A stretch of DNA of 63,796 nt from Pocillopora damicornis. Lineage: Eukaryota. Positions 50,740 through 63,400 of the stretch are shown one piece after another; positions within the stretch are counted from its first letter, which is position 1, and every line of letters starts with the position of its first letter. A program made the translations under genes and the position numbers. The notes beneath the pieces were generated by a model. It searched no databases and had not been told where the DNA came from. It saw nothing but the letters and a program-made list of their open reading frames with translations. The stretch covers positions 62,205 to 126,000 of the forward strand of contig NW_020847337.1 of the NCBI RefSeq assembly GCF_003704095.1, given 5' to 3'.

Positions 50740-53700
50740 ATCAAATAGAAATACAATCACAAATAGCGAGGTCGAATTGAAAAATTATAAATACCATTTG
50801 GAATATTGAAATTTTTTGCGATTGGCTGAATCGCATATCACCAGCACTGGTGATATGATTTCTGTAGCAACTATTTGGATCCGACCTCTTCAAAGTTTTT
50901 GTCACACATCGTACTGTCGAGCTAATCTTGCACAGGAAGGAATAGAGTATTGAGGAAGCAAAAATGAAATTTATATATTTTTTCGTTCTCCAGAAGATAG
51001 GGGAAGATGTTTCCTCTTTAGTTCAGGTATTTCGGTTTTTTATATCTAACTTATATAACTAATGATGGATTTGAGCATGCAACAATAAAACAATTTATTC
51101 TGTTTTACAGGGAACGTCAGCCTTTGGTGTTCATTTATTTTGACCGCTTGGATTTTCATTACAAGATTGATCAAAGTACAACTGATCCTTCTGCTTTCAA
51201 AAGGTGAGCCATCTCCGCGATTTTCCACGCTTTTCGTTTTCTATTGAGTGTGATTTTCATAATCAAGATACTAAGTAAGTTCCTAAATCAAGAAAACGGA
51301 TTAACCTTATCCTGCGAGTTTCACTACGATTATCACTTCACTAAGAGATACCTTTTAAGTGTTAATCAAGATAAGACTTCGATGAAGTAACGAGTGGGTG
51401 ACATTANNNNNNNNNNNNNNNNNNNNNNNNNNNNNNNNNNNNNNNNNNNNNNNNNNNNNNNNNNNNNNNNNNNNNNNNNNNNNNNNNNNNNNNNNNNNNN
51501 NNNNNNGTAAAATTGATTTCTGTAGAGATATATTCTGTTCCGACCTCGTCAAAGTTTTTGCTGCACGTCGCGCTGTCGAGCTAATCTTGAGAAGAACGGA
51601 ATAGAGTATTAAAGAAGTGTAAATGACATTGGTATATTTTCGTTCTCCAGAATGAAGATAGTGAAAGATGTTCCCTCTTCAGTTCATGTATTTCGGTTTT
51701 TTGTATCTATTTTATATAACTAATGACAGATTTGAGCATGCAAAAATGAGAAAGTTTCCTTGGTTTTACAGGGAACGTCAGCCTTTAGTCCCCATTTCTT
51801 TTTGACCGCTTGGATTTTTATTACAAGATTGATCAAAGTGCAAGTGAACCTTCTGCCTTCAAAAGGTAAGCCATCTCCGCGATATTCCGCTCTTCAAGAC
51901 TTTTCATTTTCTTGCGGGTGTGATTTGCATGATCAAGATATTAAGTAATTTAATAAATAAGGAAAACGGATAAAGTTAAACGTTCAAGTTTCTCTAAGAT
52001 GATCACTTTACTAAGAGTTACCCTTTTAAGTGTTAATCTAGGTACGCCTTAGAGAAAGTAACGAGTGAGTGGCATTAAGAGTCAGGATCTACATAGATCA
52101 ACACTCTCTAAAAAATATACAACAATTGATAACATTCTGGAGAGTGGAGAGAAGGGGAATGAACCTAAACCATACTTATGCAGCGGGATCCTTGAAGCTA
52201 ATCTCCTGAAAAGTCCCATCGGTCATCCCTGCTATTCTCAGTTTTATTTCCGCTTCGCTTTGGCTACGAAACTAGCAATTTGAGAGAGCTTCAACGCGCC
52301 ATAAAAGCGATGACGAATACATGTAGTAATGATGTTAATACATTGATGTCTAGAACACCTAAATTCTCGAGCCAACCTCGGGCAGGATTTTCTTGTGAGA
52401 TAAATGGAAGTCCAATCATGAAAGAATTAATAAATTCATCAACTTTTTCCTGATTCATAAGTGGGAAATAGAGAAGAACGTTGAGCAGTGTTCCCCTTAA
52501 GGTACTTGTGTTTCGGTTTTGAATTTTACAAACAATGATGCATTTGAGCATGCAAAAATGAAAAAAAATTGTATTTTGTTTAGTACAGGGATCGTCAGCC
52601 CTTAAGTGTTCATTGCTTTTAAACGGTTGGATTTTCATCACGANNNNNNNNNNNNNNNNNNNNNNNNNNNNNNNNNNNNNNNNNNNNNNNNNNNNNNNNN
52701 NNNNNNNNNNNNNNNNNNNNNNNNNNNNNNNNNNNNNNNNNNNGATCAAAGTACAACTGATCCTTCTGCTTTCAAAAGGTGAGCCATCTCCGCGATTATC
52801 CACGCTTTTCGTTTTCTATTGAGTGTGATTTTCATGATCAAGATACTAAGTAAGTTCCNNNNNNNNNNNNNNNNNNNNNNNNNNNNNNNNNNNNNNNNNN
52901 NNNNNNNNNNNNNNNNNNNNNNNNNNNNNNNNNNNNNNNNNNNNNNNNNNNNNNNNNNNNNNNNNNNNNNNNNNNNNNNNNNNNNNNNNNNNNNNNNNNN
53001 NNNNNNNNNNNNNNNNNNNNNNNNNNNNNNNNNNNNNNNNNNNNNNNNNNNNNNNNNNNNNNNNNNNNNNNNNNNNNNNNNNNNNNNNNNNNNNNNNNNN
53101 NNNNNNNNNNNNNNNNNNNNNNNNNNNNNNNNNNNNNNNNNNNNNNNNNNNNNNNNNNNNNNNNNNNNNNNNNNNNNNNNNNNNNNNNNNNNNNNNNNNN
53201 NNNNNNNNNNNNNNNNNNNNNNNNNNNNNNNNNNNNNNNNNNNNNNNNNNNNNNNNNNNNNNNNNNNNNNNNNNNNNNNNNNNNNNNNNNNNNNNNNNNN
53301 NNNNNNNNNNNNNNNNNNNNNNNNNNNNNNNNNNNNNNNNNNNNNNNNNNNNNNNNNNNAGGTAATGTCTATCAAATAGAAAGACAATCACAAATACCGA
53401 GGTCGAATTAAAATCTTGAAATACCATTTTGGATATTGAAATTTTCTGCGAACGACTGAATCGCATATCNNNNNNNNNNNNNNNNNNNNNNNNNNNNNNN
53501 NNNNNNNNNNNNNNNNNNNNNNNNNNNNNNNNNNNNNNNNNNNNNNNNNNNNNNTCGTCAAAGTTTTTGTCACACGTAGTACTGTCGAGCTAATCTTGAG
53601 AAGGACGGAATAGAGTATTAAGGAAGGATAAATGAAATTCGTATATTTTTTCGTTCTCCAGAATGAAGATAGTGGATGATGTTCCCTCTTTTTTTCATGT

Positions 53701-55300
53701 ATTTCGGTTTTTTATAACTAACTTATATAACTAATGATGGATTTGAGCATGCAAAAGTGAAACAATTTATTCTGTTTTACAGGGAACGTCAGCCTTTAGT
53801 GTTCATTTGTTTTGACCGCTTGAATTTTCATTACAAGATTGATCAAAGTACAAGTGAACCATCAGCCTTAGAAAGGTAAGCCATCTCCGCGTTGTTCCAC
53901 TGTTCAAGACTTTTTATTTTCTAATGGGTGTGAAATGCATGATCAAGATACTGAATAATTTACTAGATAAGGAAAACGGATGAAGTTAAGCGTGCGCGCG
54001 AGTTTCTCTAAGATGATCACTTTACTAAGAGTTACCCTTTTAAGTGTTAATCTGGATAAGACTTAGATAAAGTAACGAGTAGGTGACATTAGAGTTAGGA
54101 TCTACATAGATCGACACTCTCTAAAAAATATACAACAATTGATAACATTTTGGGGAGGGGAGGGAGGGGGCATGAACCTGGACCATACTTATGAAGCGGG
54201 ATCCTTGAAGCTAATCTCCTGAAAAGTCTCATCAGTCATCCCTGCTACTCTCGCATTTTTATTTCCGCTTCGCTTTGGCTAGGAAACTAGCAATTTGAGA
54301 ACACTACAATGCGCCATGAAAGCGATGTTGATGATAATTTGATGTCTAGAACACCTAAAAACTTGGGCCAACTTCGAGCAGGATTTTCATGTCAGAAAAA
54401 TGGAAGTCGAATCATGAATAAATTCATCTACTTTTTTCCTAATTCATAAGTGGAAAATACAGAAAGACGCTGANNNNNNNNNNNNNNNNNNNNNNNNNNN
54501 NNNNNNNNNNNNNNNNNNNNNNNNNNNNNNNNNNNNNNNNNNNNNNNNNNNNNNNNNNNNNNNNNNNNNNNNNAATTCATCTACTTTTTTCCTAATTCAT
54601 AAGTGGAAAATACAGAAAGACGCTGAGCAATTTACCCCGAATATTAATTGTTCCCCTTAAATTACTTGTGTTTCGGTTTTGAATTTTATAAACAATGATG
54701 TATTTGAGCATGCAAAAAGGAAAAAATTGTACTTGTTCAGTACAAGGATCGTCAGCCCTTACGTGTTCATTGCTCTTAAACGGTTGGATTTTCATCACGA
54801 GATCGATCACAGTTCAGTTAAATAGGGTATTTTCCAGTGTTTGGGTGTGGGGATCGACTCTTTACTGGTGAACTTTTCATTTTCTAATGAGTGTGATTTG
54901 CATCATTAATAACAAAGACATTATATAATTTACTATATAAGCTAAACAGATGAAGTTGTTAGTGTGAGTTTCTGCCAAGACGATTATTTTAGTAAATGTT
55001 ACCCTCGAAAGTTTTCATCTTGGTGGAAGGTGGAAAAGAAAAGTTCAGTAGGTTACTCTGAGCTTCAAGTGCTTCGGTTTAGGTATTTGTATTTCGGTTT
55101 TGTTAGTTGAACTTAGATAAACATTGATGGATATGAGCATGCAAATGAAACTTTTTACTTTGTTTTACAGGAAACGTCAGCCCCTAGTGTTCATTGCGTT
55201 TTAACGGTTGGATGTTCATCACAAGATCGATCACAGCACTATTGAAGTTTCTGTCTTTAAACGGTAGGGTATATATAAGTTATGACTGACTGAATGTTTT
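50740..55300 (+). repeat. Nested tandem duplications carrying repeated ~93-nt exon-like modules upstream of the TPR genes
   Basis: Module ...tgagcatgcaaa...ttttacAG|G(G/A)AACGTCAGCC...AAAAG|GT(G/A)AG occurs at 51111-51203, 51772-51865, 52589-gap, gap-52778, 53783-53875, ~54747 (degenerate) and 55171-55263. Larger blocks ~51900-52500 and ~53900-54470 are paralogous. Confidence 0.8.
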
Positions 55301-56184
55301 ACAATCATAAAATGTGGGGCAGGAAATGCAACTGATTGACCCCTTGGGCCCCCCCCCCCCCCCACCCTCCCCCTCCCCCTCCCTCTCCCCCAGTATCTAC
55401 CGCTTGTAGTTCCAGTTTGTGGTAATTTGAAGGAAAATGAAAACTGTGAACAAGAGTATGTGACAAAGGTTTTTCATTTTTCCAGGGATAAATTTCATTC
55501 AGGTACCCTCGCTTGAATCAAAATGAACACGGAACATGTCTAACTTCAAACAATAAGTTCAATGATTTATGTGACATCGTAATGAGCATCTCAATGATGT
55601 GCGTGACAGTGTTATGAATACCTCAGTGGAACAAACGGTAATAAATTTTCTTGGTGTGTTTCTTTGTACAACACACACACACACAAAACACAAAATTGGA
55701 TTTATTACATAAGTACACGAGGATTCCTGATGAAAAGAAATGAAAAGAGTCGAAGAAGAATCCAATTAGATCTGTAACTACACATCGAGTGATTTAACAA
55801 AATTTGACAAATACCGAAGTGGAAACTAAAAAGGTTAGGATAAGGAACCCTATGTACCAAATGTTTTAGGCTATATATGGAGTAACAAAAAAAACTTGGT
55901 TTCAACCATTTAAATTCAGTTACCCCTACTTCATTCCAGCAAAACGTTCTAACACGAACGGCGCAATCATTAAAAAAAAAAACAGATTTTTGTGAGATGA
56001 AGCAGGAAGTGCAATCACACTCATACTGGTTCCAGTCTCGTAAACGCTTCATTTCAATACAGGGTAGGACCTCCGTCGAGATGAGAAAACCAAGATTCCT
56101 GAAAAAGTTCGCATCCATGAACCCTTGTACAGGAACTTTCGAGTGTCATATGCCTGATCTACATTTTTTTTTCCAAACTTACAG

Positions 56185-58887
56185 TGATCAAGGCGATATG
56201 AAAAACACAGAAGAGGAATTCACCACGTTAGCTATCAAAATAGGTGTAACTGTCGCCATTTTCCTTCTCAACAATGGTTTGGCCTTGAAAGCCATCGAGC
56301 TGTGCCAAGAAAGCTTGATTTTACTGAACAATGGTGATTTAACCGCGGACAGTCCAGTTGCCAAGTCATTTGACGAACGCATCCGCACCACAGTGAAAAG
56401 GGCGTGGCTCACTCTATGCAATTCACCAGGTATTGAAGAATACCTCAGGGAACTTTTACTTCACCCTGAAGAGGAAAAGAAATTTTATGAATCAGCAATA
56501 AATGTAATGAAAATAACCGAAAACAGACAAAAAGAAGCGGAATATTATAGAAGACTAGGAGTGCTTCTGTGTTTCTTAGGAGAATATAATAAAGGGAAAG
56601 AATATTTGGAGATAGCACTCGCTATCCAAATAAAAATTGGCGACAGACGTGGAGAGGCAACAAGCTACACGGACATTGGAATACTGTTCATGTCGCTTGG
56701 CAAATATGACAAGGCCCGCGAATACCTGGAGAAAGCTCTCGCTATCCAAATAGAAGTTGGCGACAGACATGGAGAGGCAACAAGCTACACGAATCTCGGA
56801 GCACTGTTCATATCGCTTAGCAATTACGACAAGGCCCGCGAATACCTGGAGAAAGCTCTCGCTATCCAAATAGAAATTGGCGACAGAAATGGAGAGGCAA
56901 CAAGCTACCAGAGCCTCGGAAGAGTGTTCCTGTCGCTTTGCAAATACGACAAATCCCGAGAATACCTGGAGAAAGCTCTCGCTATCCAAATAGAAATTAG
57001 CGACAGAAATGGAGAGTCAACAAGCTGCGCGAACCTCGGAGCACTGTTCACATCGCTTGGCAAATTAGACAAGGCCCAAGAATACCTGGAGAAAGCTTTC
57101 GCTATTCCAATAGAAATTGGCGACAGACATGGAGAGGCAACAATCTATGGGAACCTCGAAACAGTATTCGGGTTGCTTGGCAAATACGACAAGGCTCAGG
57201 AATACCTGGAGAAAGCTCTCGCTATCCAAATAGAAATTGGCAACAGACATGGAGAGGCAACAAGCTACCAGAGCCTCGGAACAGCGTTCATATCGCTTGG
57301 CAAATACGACAAGGCCCAAGAATACCTGGAGAAAGCTCTCGCTATCCAAATAGAAATTGGCAACAGAAATGGAGAGGCAACAAGCTACCAGAGCCTCGGA
57401 ACAGTGTTCCAGTCGCTTGGCAAATACGACAAGGCCCGAGAATACCTGGAGAAAGCTCTTGCTATCCAAATAGAAATTGGCAACAGAAATGGAGAGGCAA
57501 CAAGCTACCATAGCCTCGGAACAGTGTTCCAGTCACTTGGCAAATTCGCCAAGGCCCGAGAATACTTAGCGAAAGCTCTTGTTATCCAAATAGAAATTGG
57601 CGACAGATATGGGGAGGCAGCAAACTACTCCAACCTTGGACAACTGTTCATATCGCTTAGCAAATACGGCAAGGCCCGAGAATACTTAAAGAAAGCTCTC
57701 GCTATCCAAATAGACATTGGCGACAGAACTGGAGAGGCCACAAGCTACGTGAACCTCGGAGCACTGTTCATATCGCTTAGCAAATACGACAAGGCCCGAG
57801 AATACTTGGAGAAAGCTCTCGCTATCCAAATAGAAGTTGGCGACAGACATGGAGAGGCAACAAGCTACTCGAACCTCGGAGCAATGTTCGTATCGCTTAG
57901 CAAATACGACAAGGCCCGAGAATACCTGGAGAAAGCTCTCGCTATCCAAATAGACATTGGCGACAGAAATGGAGAGGCCACAAGCTACGTGAACCTCGGA
58001 ACAGTGTTTCGGTCGCTTAGCAAATACGACAAGGCCCGAGAATACTTGGAGAAAGCTCTTGCTATCCAAATAGAAATTGGCAACAGAAATGGAGAGGCAA
58101 AAAGCTACAATAACCTCGGAACACTGTTCATATCGCTTTACAAATACGACAAGGCCCGAGAATACTTGGAGAAAGCTCTGGCTATCCAAATAGACATTGG
58201 CGACAGAATTGGAGAGGCAGCAAGCTGTGGGAACCTCGGAACACTGTTCAAATCGCTTGGGAAATATTACAAGGCTCAGGAATACCTGGAGAAAGCTCTT
58301 GCTATCAAAATAGAAATTGGCGACAGAAATGGAGAGGCAACAAGCTACCAGAACCTCGGAACAGTGTTCCAGTCGCTTGGCAAATACGACAAGGCCCGAG
58401 AATACCTGGAGAAAGCCCTCGCTATCCAAATAGAAGTTGGCGACAGATATGGAGAGGCAACAAGCTACTCGAACCCCGGAGCACTGTTCATATCGCTTAG
58501 CAAATACGACAAGGCCCAAGAATACCTGGAGAAAGCGCTCGCTATCCAAATAGACATTGGCGACAGAAATGAAGAGGCCACAAGCTACGTGAATCTCGGA
58601 ACAGTGTTTCGGTTGCTTGGCAAATACGACAAGGCCCGAGAATGCTTGAAGAAAGCTCTCACTATCCAAATAGACATTGGCGACAGAAATGGAGAGGCCA
58701 CAAGCTACGTGAACCTCGGAGCACTGTTCGTATCGCTTAGCAAATACGACAAGGCCCGAGAATACTTGAAGAAAGCTCTCGCTATCCAAATAGACATTGG
58801 CGACAGAAATGGAGAGGTAACAAGCTACCAGAACCTCGGAACAGTGTTTCAGTCGCTTGGCAAATACGAAAAGGCCCGAGAATACTT
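56185..58887 (+). CDS. TTC28-like TPR-array protein, copy 1 (unique N-terminal region + ~20 tandem 40-aa TPR units); 3' end lost in gap
   Basis: Acceptor ttacAG at 56183-56184 and likely ATG at 56198 (MKNTEEEF). Open through to the gap with exact 120-bp periodicity; consensus GDRnGEATSYxNLGxxFxSLGKYDKAREYLEKALAIQIEI. Confidence 0.88.
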
Positions 58888-59585
58888 NNNNNNNNNNNNN
58901 NNNNNNNNNNNNNNNNNNNNNNNNNNNNNNNNNNNNNNNNNNNNNNNNNNNNNNNNNNNNNNNNNNNNNNNNNNNNNNNNNNNNNNNTAAGTGTTCATTG
59001 CTTTTAAACGGTTGGATTTTCATCACGAGATCGATCACAGTTCAATTAAATAGTGTATTTTACAGTGTTTGGGTGTGAGGATCGACTCTTTACTGGTGAA
59101 CTTTTCATTTTCTAATGAGTGTGATTTGCATCATCAATAACAAAGACCAACAAAGACACTATGTAAATTACTATATAAGCAAAACGGATGAAGTTAATAG
59201 TGTGAGTTCCTCTGAAACGATTATTTTACCTAATGTTATCCTTGAAAGTGTTTATCCTGGTGGAAGAAAAAGAAAATTTCAGCACACTTCTCCAAACTTC
59301 AAGTTCTCCGGTTTAGGTATTTGTATTTCGGTTTTGTTAGTCTAACTTTGATAAACGTTGATGGATATAAGCATGCAAAATGAAATAATGTACTTTGTTT
59401 TACAGGAAACGTCAGCCCCTAGTGTTCATTGCGTTTTAACGGTTGGATGTTCATCACAAGATCGATCACAGCACAATTGAAGTTTCTGTCTTTAAATGGT
59501 ATGGTATTTATAAGTTATGACTGACTGAATGTTTTACAATCATAAAATGTGGGGCAGGAAATGCAACTGATTGACTCCTTGGACG

Positions 59586-59643
<58 letters not shown>

Positions 59644-60410
59644 ATTATCTACCGCTTGTAGTTCCAATTTGTGGTGATTTGAAGGAAACTGAAAACTGTG
59701 AACAAGAGTATGTGACAAAGGTTTTTTCATTTTTCCGGGGAAAATTTCATTCAGGTACCCTCGCTCGTATCAAAATGAACGCGAAACATATCTAGCTTCA
59801 AACAATAAGTTTAAATATTTGTGTGACATCGTAATAAGCATCTCAATGATGTGCGTGACAGTGTTATGAACACCTCGCCTGTGGAACAACAGTAATAAAT
59901 TTCCTCGGTGTGTTTCTTTGTAGAAACACTCACAAAAAAACACAAAATTGGATTTATTACGTAAGATCACGAGGATTCCTGATGAAATGAAAAGAGTCGA
60001 AGAAGAATCCAATTAGATCTGTAACTACACATCGAGTGATTTAACAAAATTTGACAAATACCGAAGTGGAAACTAAGCAGGTTAAGATAAGGAACCCTAT
60101 GTACCAAATGTTATAGGCTATCTATGGAGTAACAAAAAAAACTTGGTATCAACCTACTTCATTCCAGCAAAACGTTCTAACACGAATGGCGCAATCATTA
60201 AATAAAAATTAGATTTTTGTGAGATGAAGCAGAAAGTGCAATCACACTCATACTGGTTCCAGTCTCGTAAACGCTTCATTTCAATACAGGGTAGGACCTC
60301 CGTCGGGATGAGAAAACTACGATTCCTGAAAAAGTTCGCACCCATGAACCCTTGTACAGAAACTTTCGAGTGTCATATGCTTGATCTACTTTTTTTTTCC
60401 AAACTTACAG

Positions 60411-63400
60411 TGATCAAAGCCATACTGATATGAAAGACACAGAAGAGGAATTTACCACGTTAGCTATCAAAATAGGTGTAACTGTCGCCATTTTCCTTCT
60501 CAACACTGGTTTTGCCTTGAAAGCCATCGAGTTGTGTCAAGAAAGTTTGATTTTATTAAACAACGGTGATTTAAGCGCGGACAGTCCAGTTGCCAAGTCA
60601 TTTGACGAACGCATCCGCACCAGAGTGAAAAGGGCGTGGCTCACTCTTTGCAATTCACCAGGTATTGAAGAATACCTCGAGAAACTTTTACTTCACCCTG
60701 AAGAGGAAAAGAAATTTTGTGAATTAGCAATAAATGTCATGAAAATGACCGGAAACAGACAAAAAGAAGCAGAGTGTTATAGAAGACTAGGAGTGCTTCT
60801 GTGTTCCTTAAGAGAATATAACAAAGGGAAAGAATATTTGAAGATGGCACTCGCTATCCAAATAAAAATTGGCGACAGAAATGGAGAAGCAACAAGCTAC
60901 GCGAGAATTGGAATACTGTTCATGTCGCTTGGCAAATATGACACGGCCCGAGAATACCTGGAGAAAGCTCTCGCTATCCAAATAGAAATTGGCGACAGAA
61001 GTGGAGAGGCAACAATCTATGGGAGCCTCGGAACACTGTTCCAGTCGCTTGGCAAATACGACAAGGCCCGAGAATACCTGGAGAAAGCTCTCGCTATCCA
61101 AATAGAAAATGGCGACAGACATGGAGAGGCAGCAATCTATGGGAACCTCGGAATAGTGTTCCAACGGCTTGGCAAATACGACAAGGCCCGAGAATCCCTG
61201 GAGAAAGCTCTCGCTATCCAAATAGAAAATGGCGACAGACATGGAGAGGCAACAAGCTACACGAACCTCGGAATAGTGTTGATATTGCTTGGCAAATACG
61301 ACAAGGCCCGACAATACCTGGAGAAAGCTCTCGCTATCCAAATAGAAATTGGCGACAGAAATGGAGAGGCAACAAACTACACGAACCTCGGAACAGTGTT
61401 CCAGTCGCTTGACAAATACGACAAGGCCCGAGAATACCTGGAGAAAGCTCTCGCTATCCAAATAGAAATTGGCGACAGTCATGGAGAGGCAAAAAGCTAC
61501 GGGGGCCTCGGAACAGTCTTCCAATCACTTGGCAAATACGAAAAGGCCCGAGAATACCTGGAGAAAGCTCTCGCTATCCAAACAGAAATTGGCCACAGAA
61601 ATGGAGAGGCAAAAAGCTACGCAAACATTGGAATACTGTTCATGTCGCTTTACAAATATGACAAGGCCCGAGAATACCTGGAGAAAGCTCTCTCTATCAA
61701 AATAGAAAATGGCGACAGAAATGGAGAGGCAACAAGCTACACGAACCTCGGAACAGTGTTCATATCGCTTGGCAAATACGACAAGGCCCGAGAATACCTG
61801 GAGAAAGCTCTCGCTATCAAAATAGAAATTGGCGACAGAAATGGAGAGGCAACAGGCTACACGAACCTCGGAACACTGTTGGAATCGCTTGGCAAATACG
61901 ACAAGGCCCGAGAATACCTGGAGAAAGCTCTCGCTATCAAAATAGAAAATGGCGACAGACATGGCGAGGCAACAATCTATGGGAGCCTCGGAAAAGTGTT
62001 CCAGTCGCTTAGCAAATACGACAAGGCCCGAGAATACCTAGAAAAAGCTCTCGCTATTCAAATAGAAACTGGTGACAGAAATGGAGAGGCAGCAAGCTAC
62101 GGGGGCCTCGGAACAGTCTTCCAATCACTTGGCAAATACGACAAGGCCCGAGAATACCTGGAGAAAGCTCTCGCTATCCAANNNNNNNNNNNNNNNNNNN
62201 NNNNNNNNNNNNNNNNNNNNNNNNNNNNNNNNNNNNNNNNNNNNNNNNNNNNNNNNNNNNNNNNNNNNNNNNNNNNNNNNNNNNNNNNNNNNNNNNNNNN
62301 NNNNNNNNNNNNNNNNNNNNNNNNNNNNNNNNNNNNNNNNNNNNNNNNNNNNNNNNNNNNNNNNNNNNNNNNNNNNNNNNNNNNNNNNNNNNNNNNNNNN
62401 NNNNNNNNNNNNNNNNNNNNNNNNNNNNNNNNNNNNNNNNNNNNNNNNNNNNNNNNNNNNNNNNNNNNNNNNNNNNNNNNNNNNNNNNNNNNNNNNNNNN
62501 NNNNNNNNNNNNNNNNNNNNNNNNNNNNNNNNNNNNNNNNNNNNNNNNNNNNNNNNNNNNNNNNNNNNNNNNNNNNNNNNNNNNNNNNNNNNNNAATACG
62601 ACAAGGCCCGAGAATACCTGGAGAAAGCTCTCGCTATCAAAATAGAAACTGGCGACAGACATGGCAAGGCAACAATCTATGGGAGCCTCGAAAAAGTGTT
62701 CCAGTCGCTTAGCAAATACGACAAGGCCCGAGAATACCTAGAGAGAGCTCTCGCTATTCAAATAGAAACTGGCGACAGAAATGGAGAGGCAGAAAGCTAC
62801 GGGAGCCTCGGAACAGTGTTTATATCGCTTGGCAAATATGACCAGGCCCGAGAATACCTGGAGAAAGCTCTCGCTATCCGAATAGAAACTGGCGACAGAA
62901 ATGGAGAGGCCAGAAGCTACGTGAACCTTGGAGCACTGTTCCTATGGCTTAGCAAATACGACAAGGCCCGAGAATACCTGGAGAAAGCTCTCGCTATCCG
63001 AATAGAAACTGGCGACANNNNNNNNNNNNNNNNNNNNNNNNNNNNNNNNNNNNNNNNNNNNNNNNNNNNNNNNNNNNNNNNNNNNNNNNNNNNNNNNNNN
63101 NNNNNNNNNNNNNNNNNGACAAGGCCCGAGAATACCTGGAGAAAGCTCTCGCTATCCAAATAGAAATTGGCAACAGAAGTGGAGAAGCAACAATCCACGG
63201 GGGCCTCGGACCACTGTTCATATCGCTTGGCAAATATGACAAGGCCCAAGAATACTTGGAGAAAGCTCTCGCTATCCAAATAGAAACTGGCGACATAAAT
63301 GGAGAGGCCAGAAGCTACGTGAACCTTGGAGCACTGTTCGCATTGCTTGGCAAATACGACAAGGCCCGAGATTACCTGGAGAAAGCTCTCGCTATCCAAA

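Noticed and set aside
51355-53573. ORFs made largely of X residues
   Set aside because: Artefacts of translating through N gaps.
55997-56197. N-terminal extension MKQEVQSH... of the 997-aa ORF
   Set aside because: The paralogous stretch in copy 2 is frameshifted relative to its TPR ORF, and a splice acceptor lies at 56183-56184, so this is probably intron.
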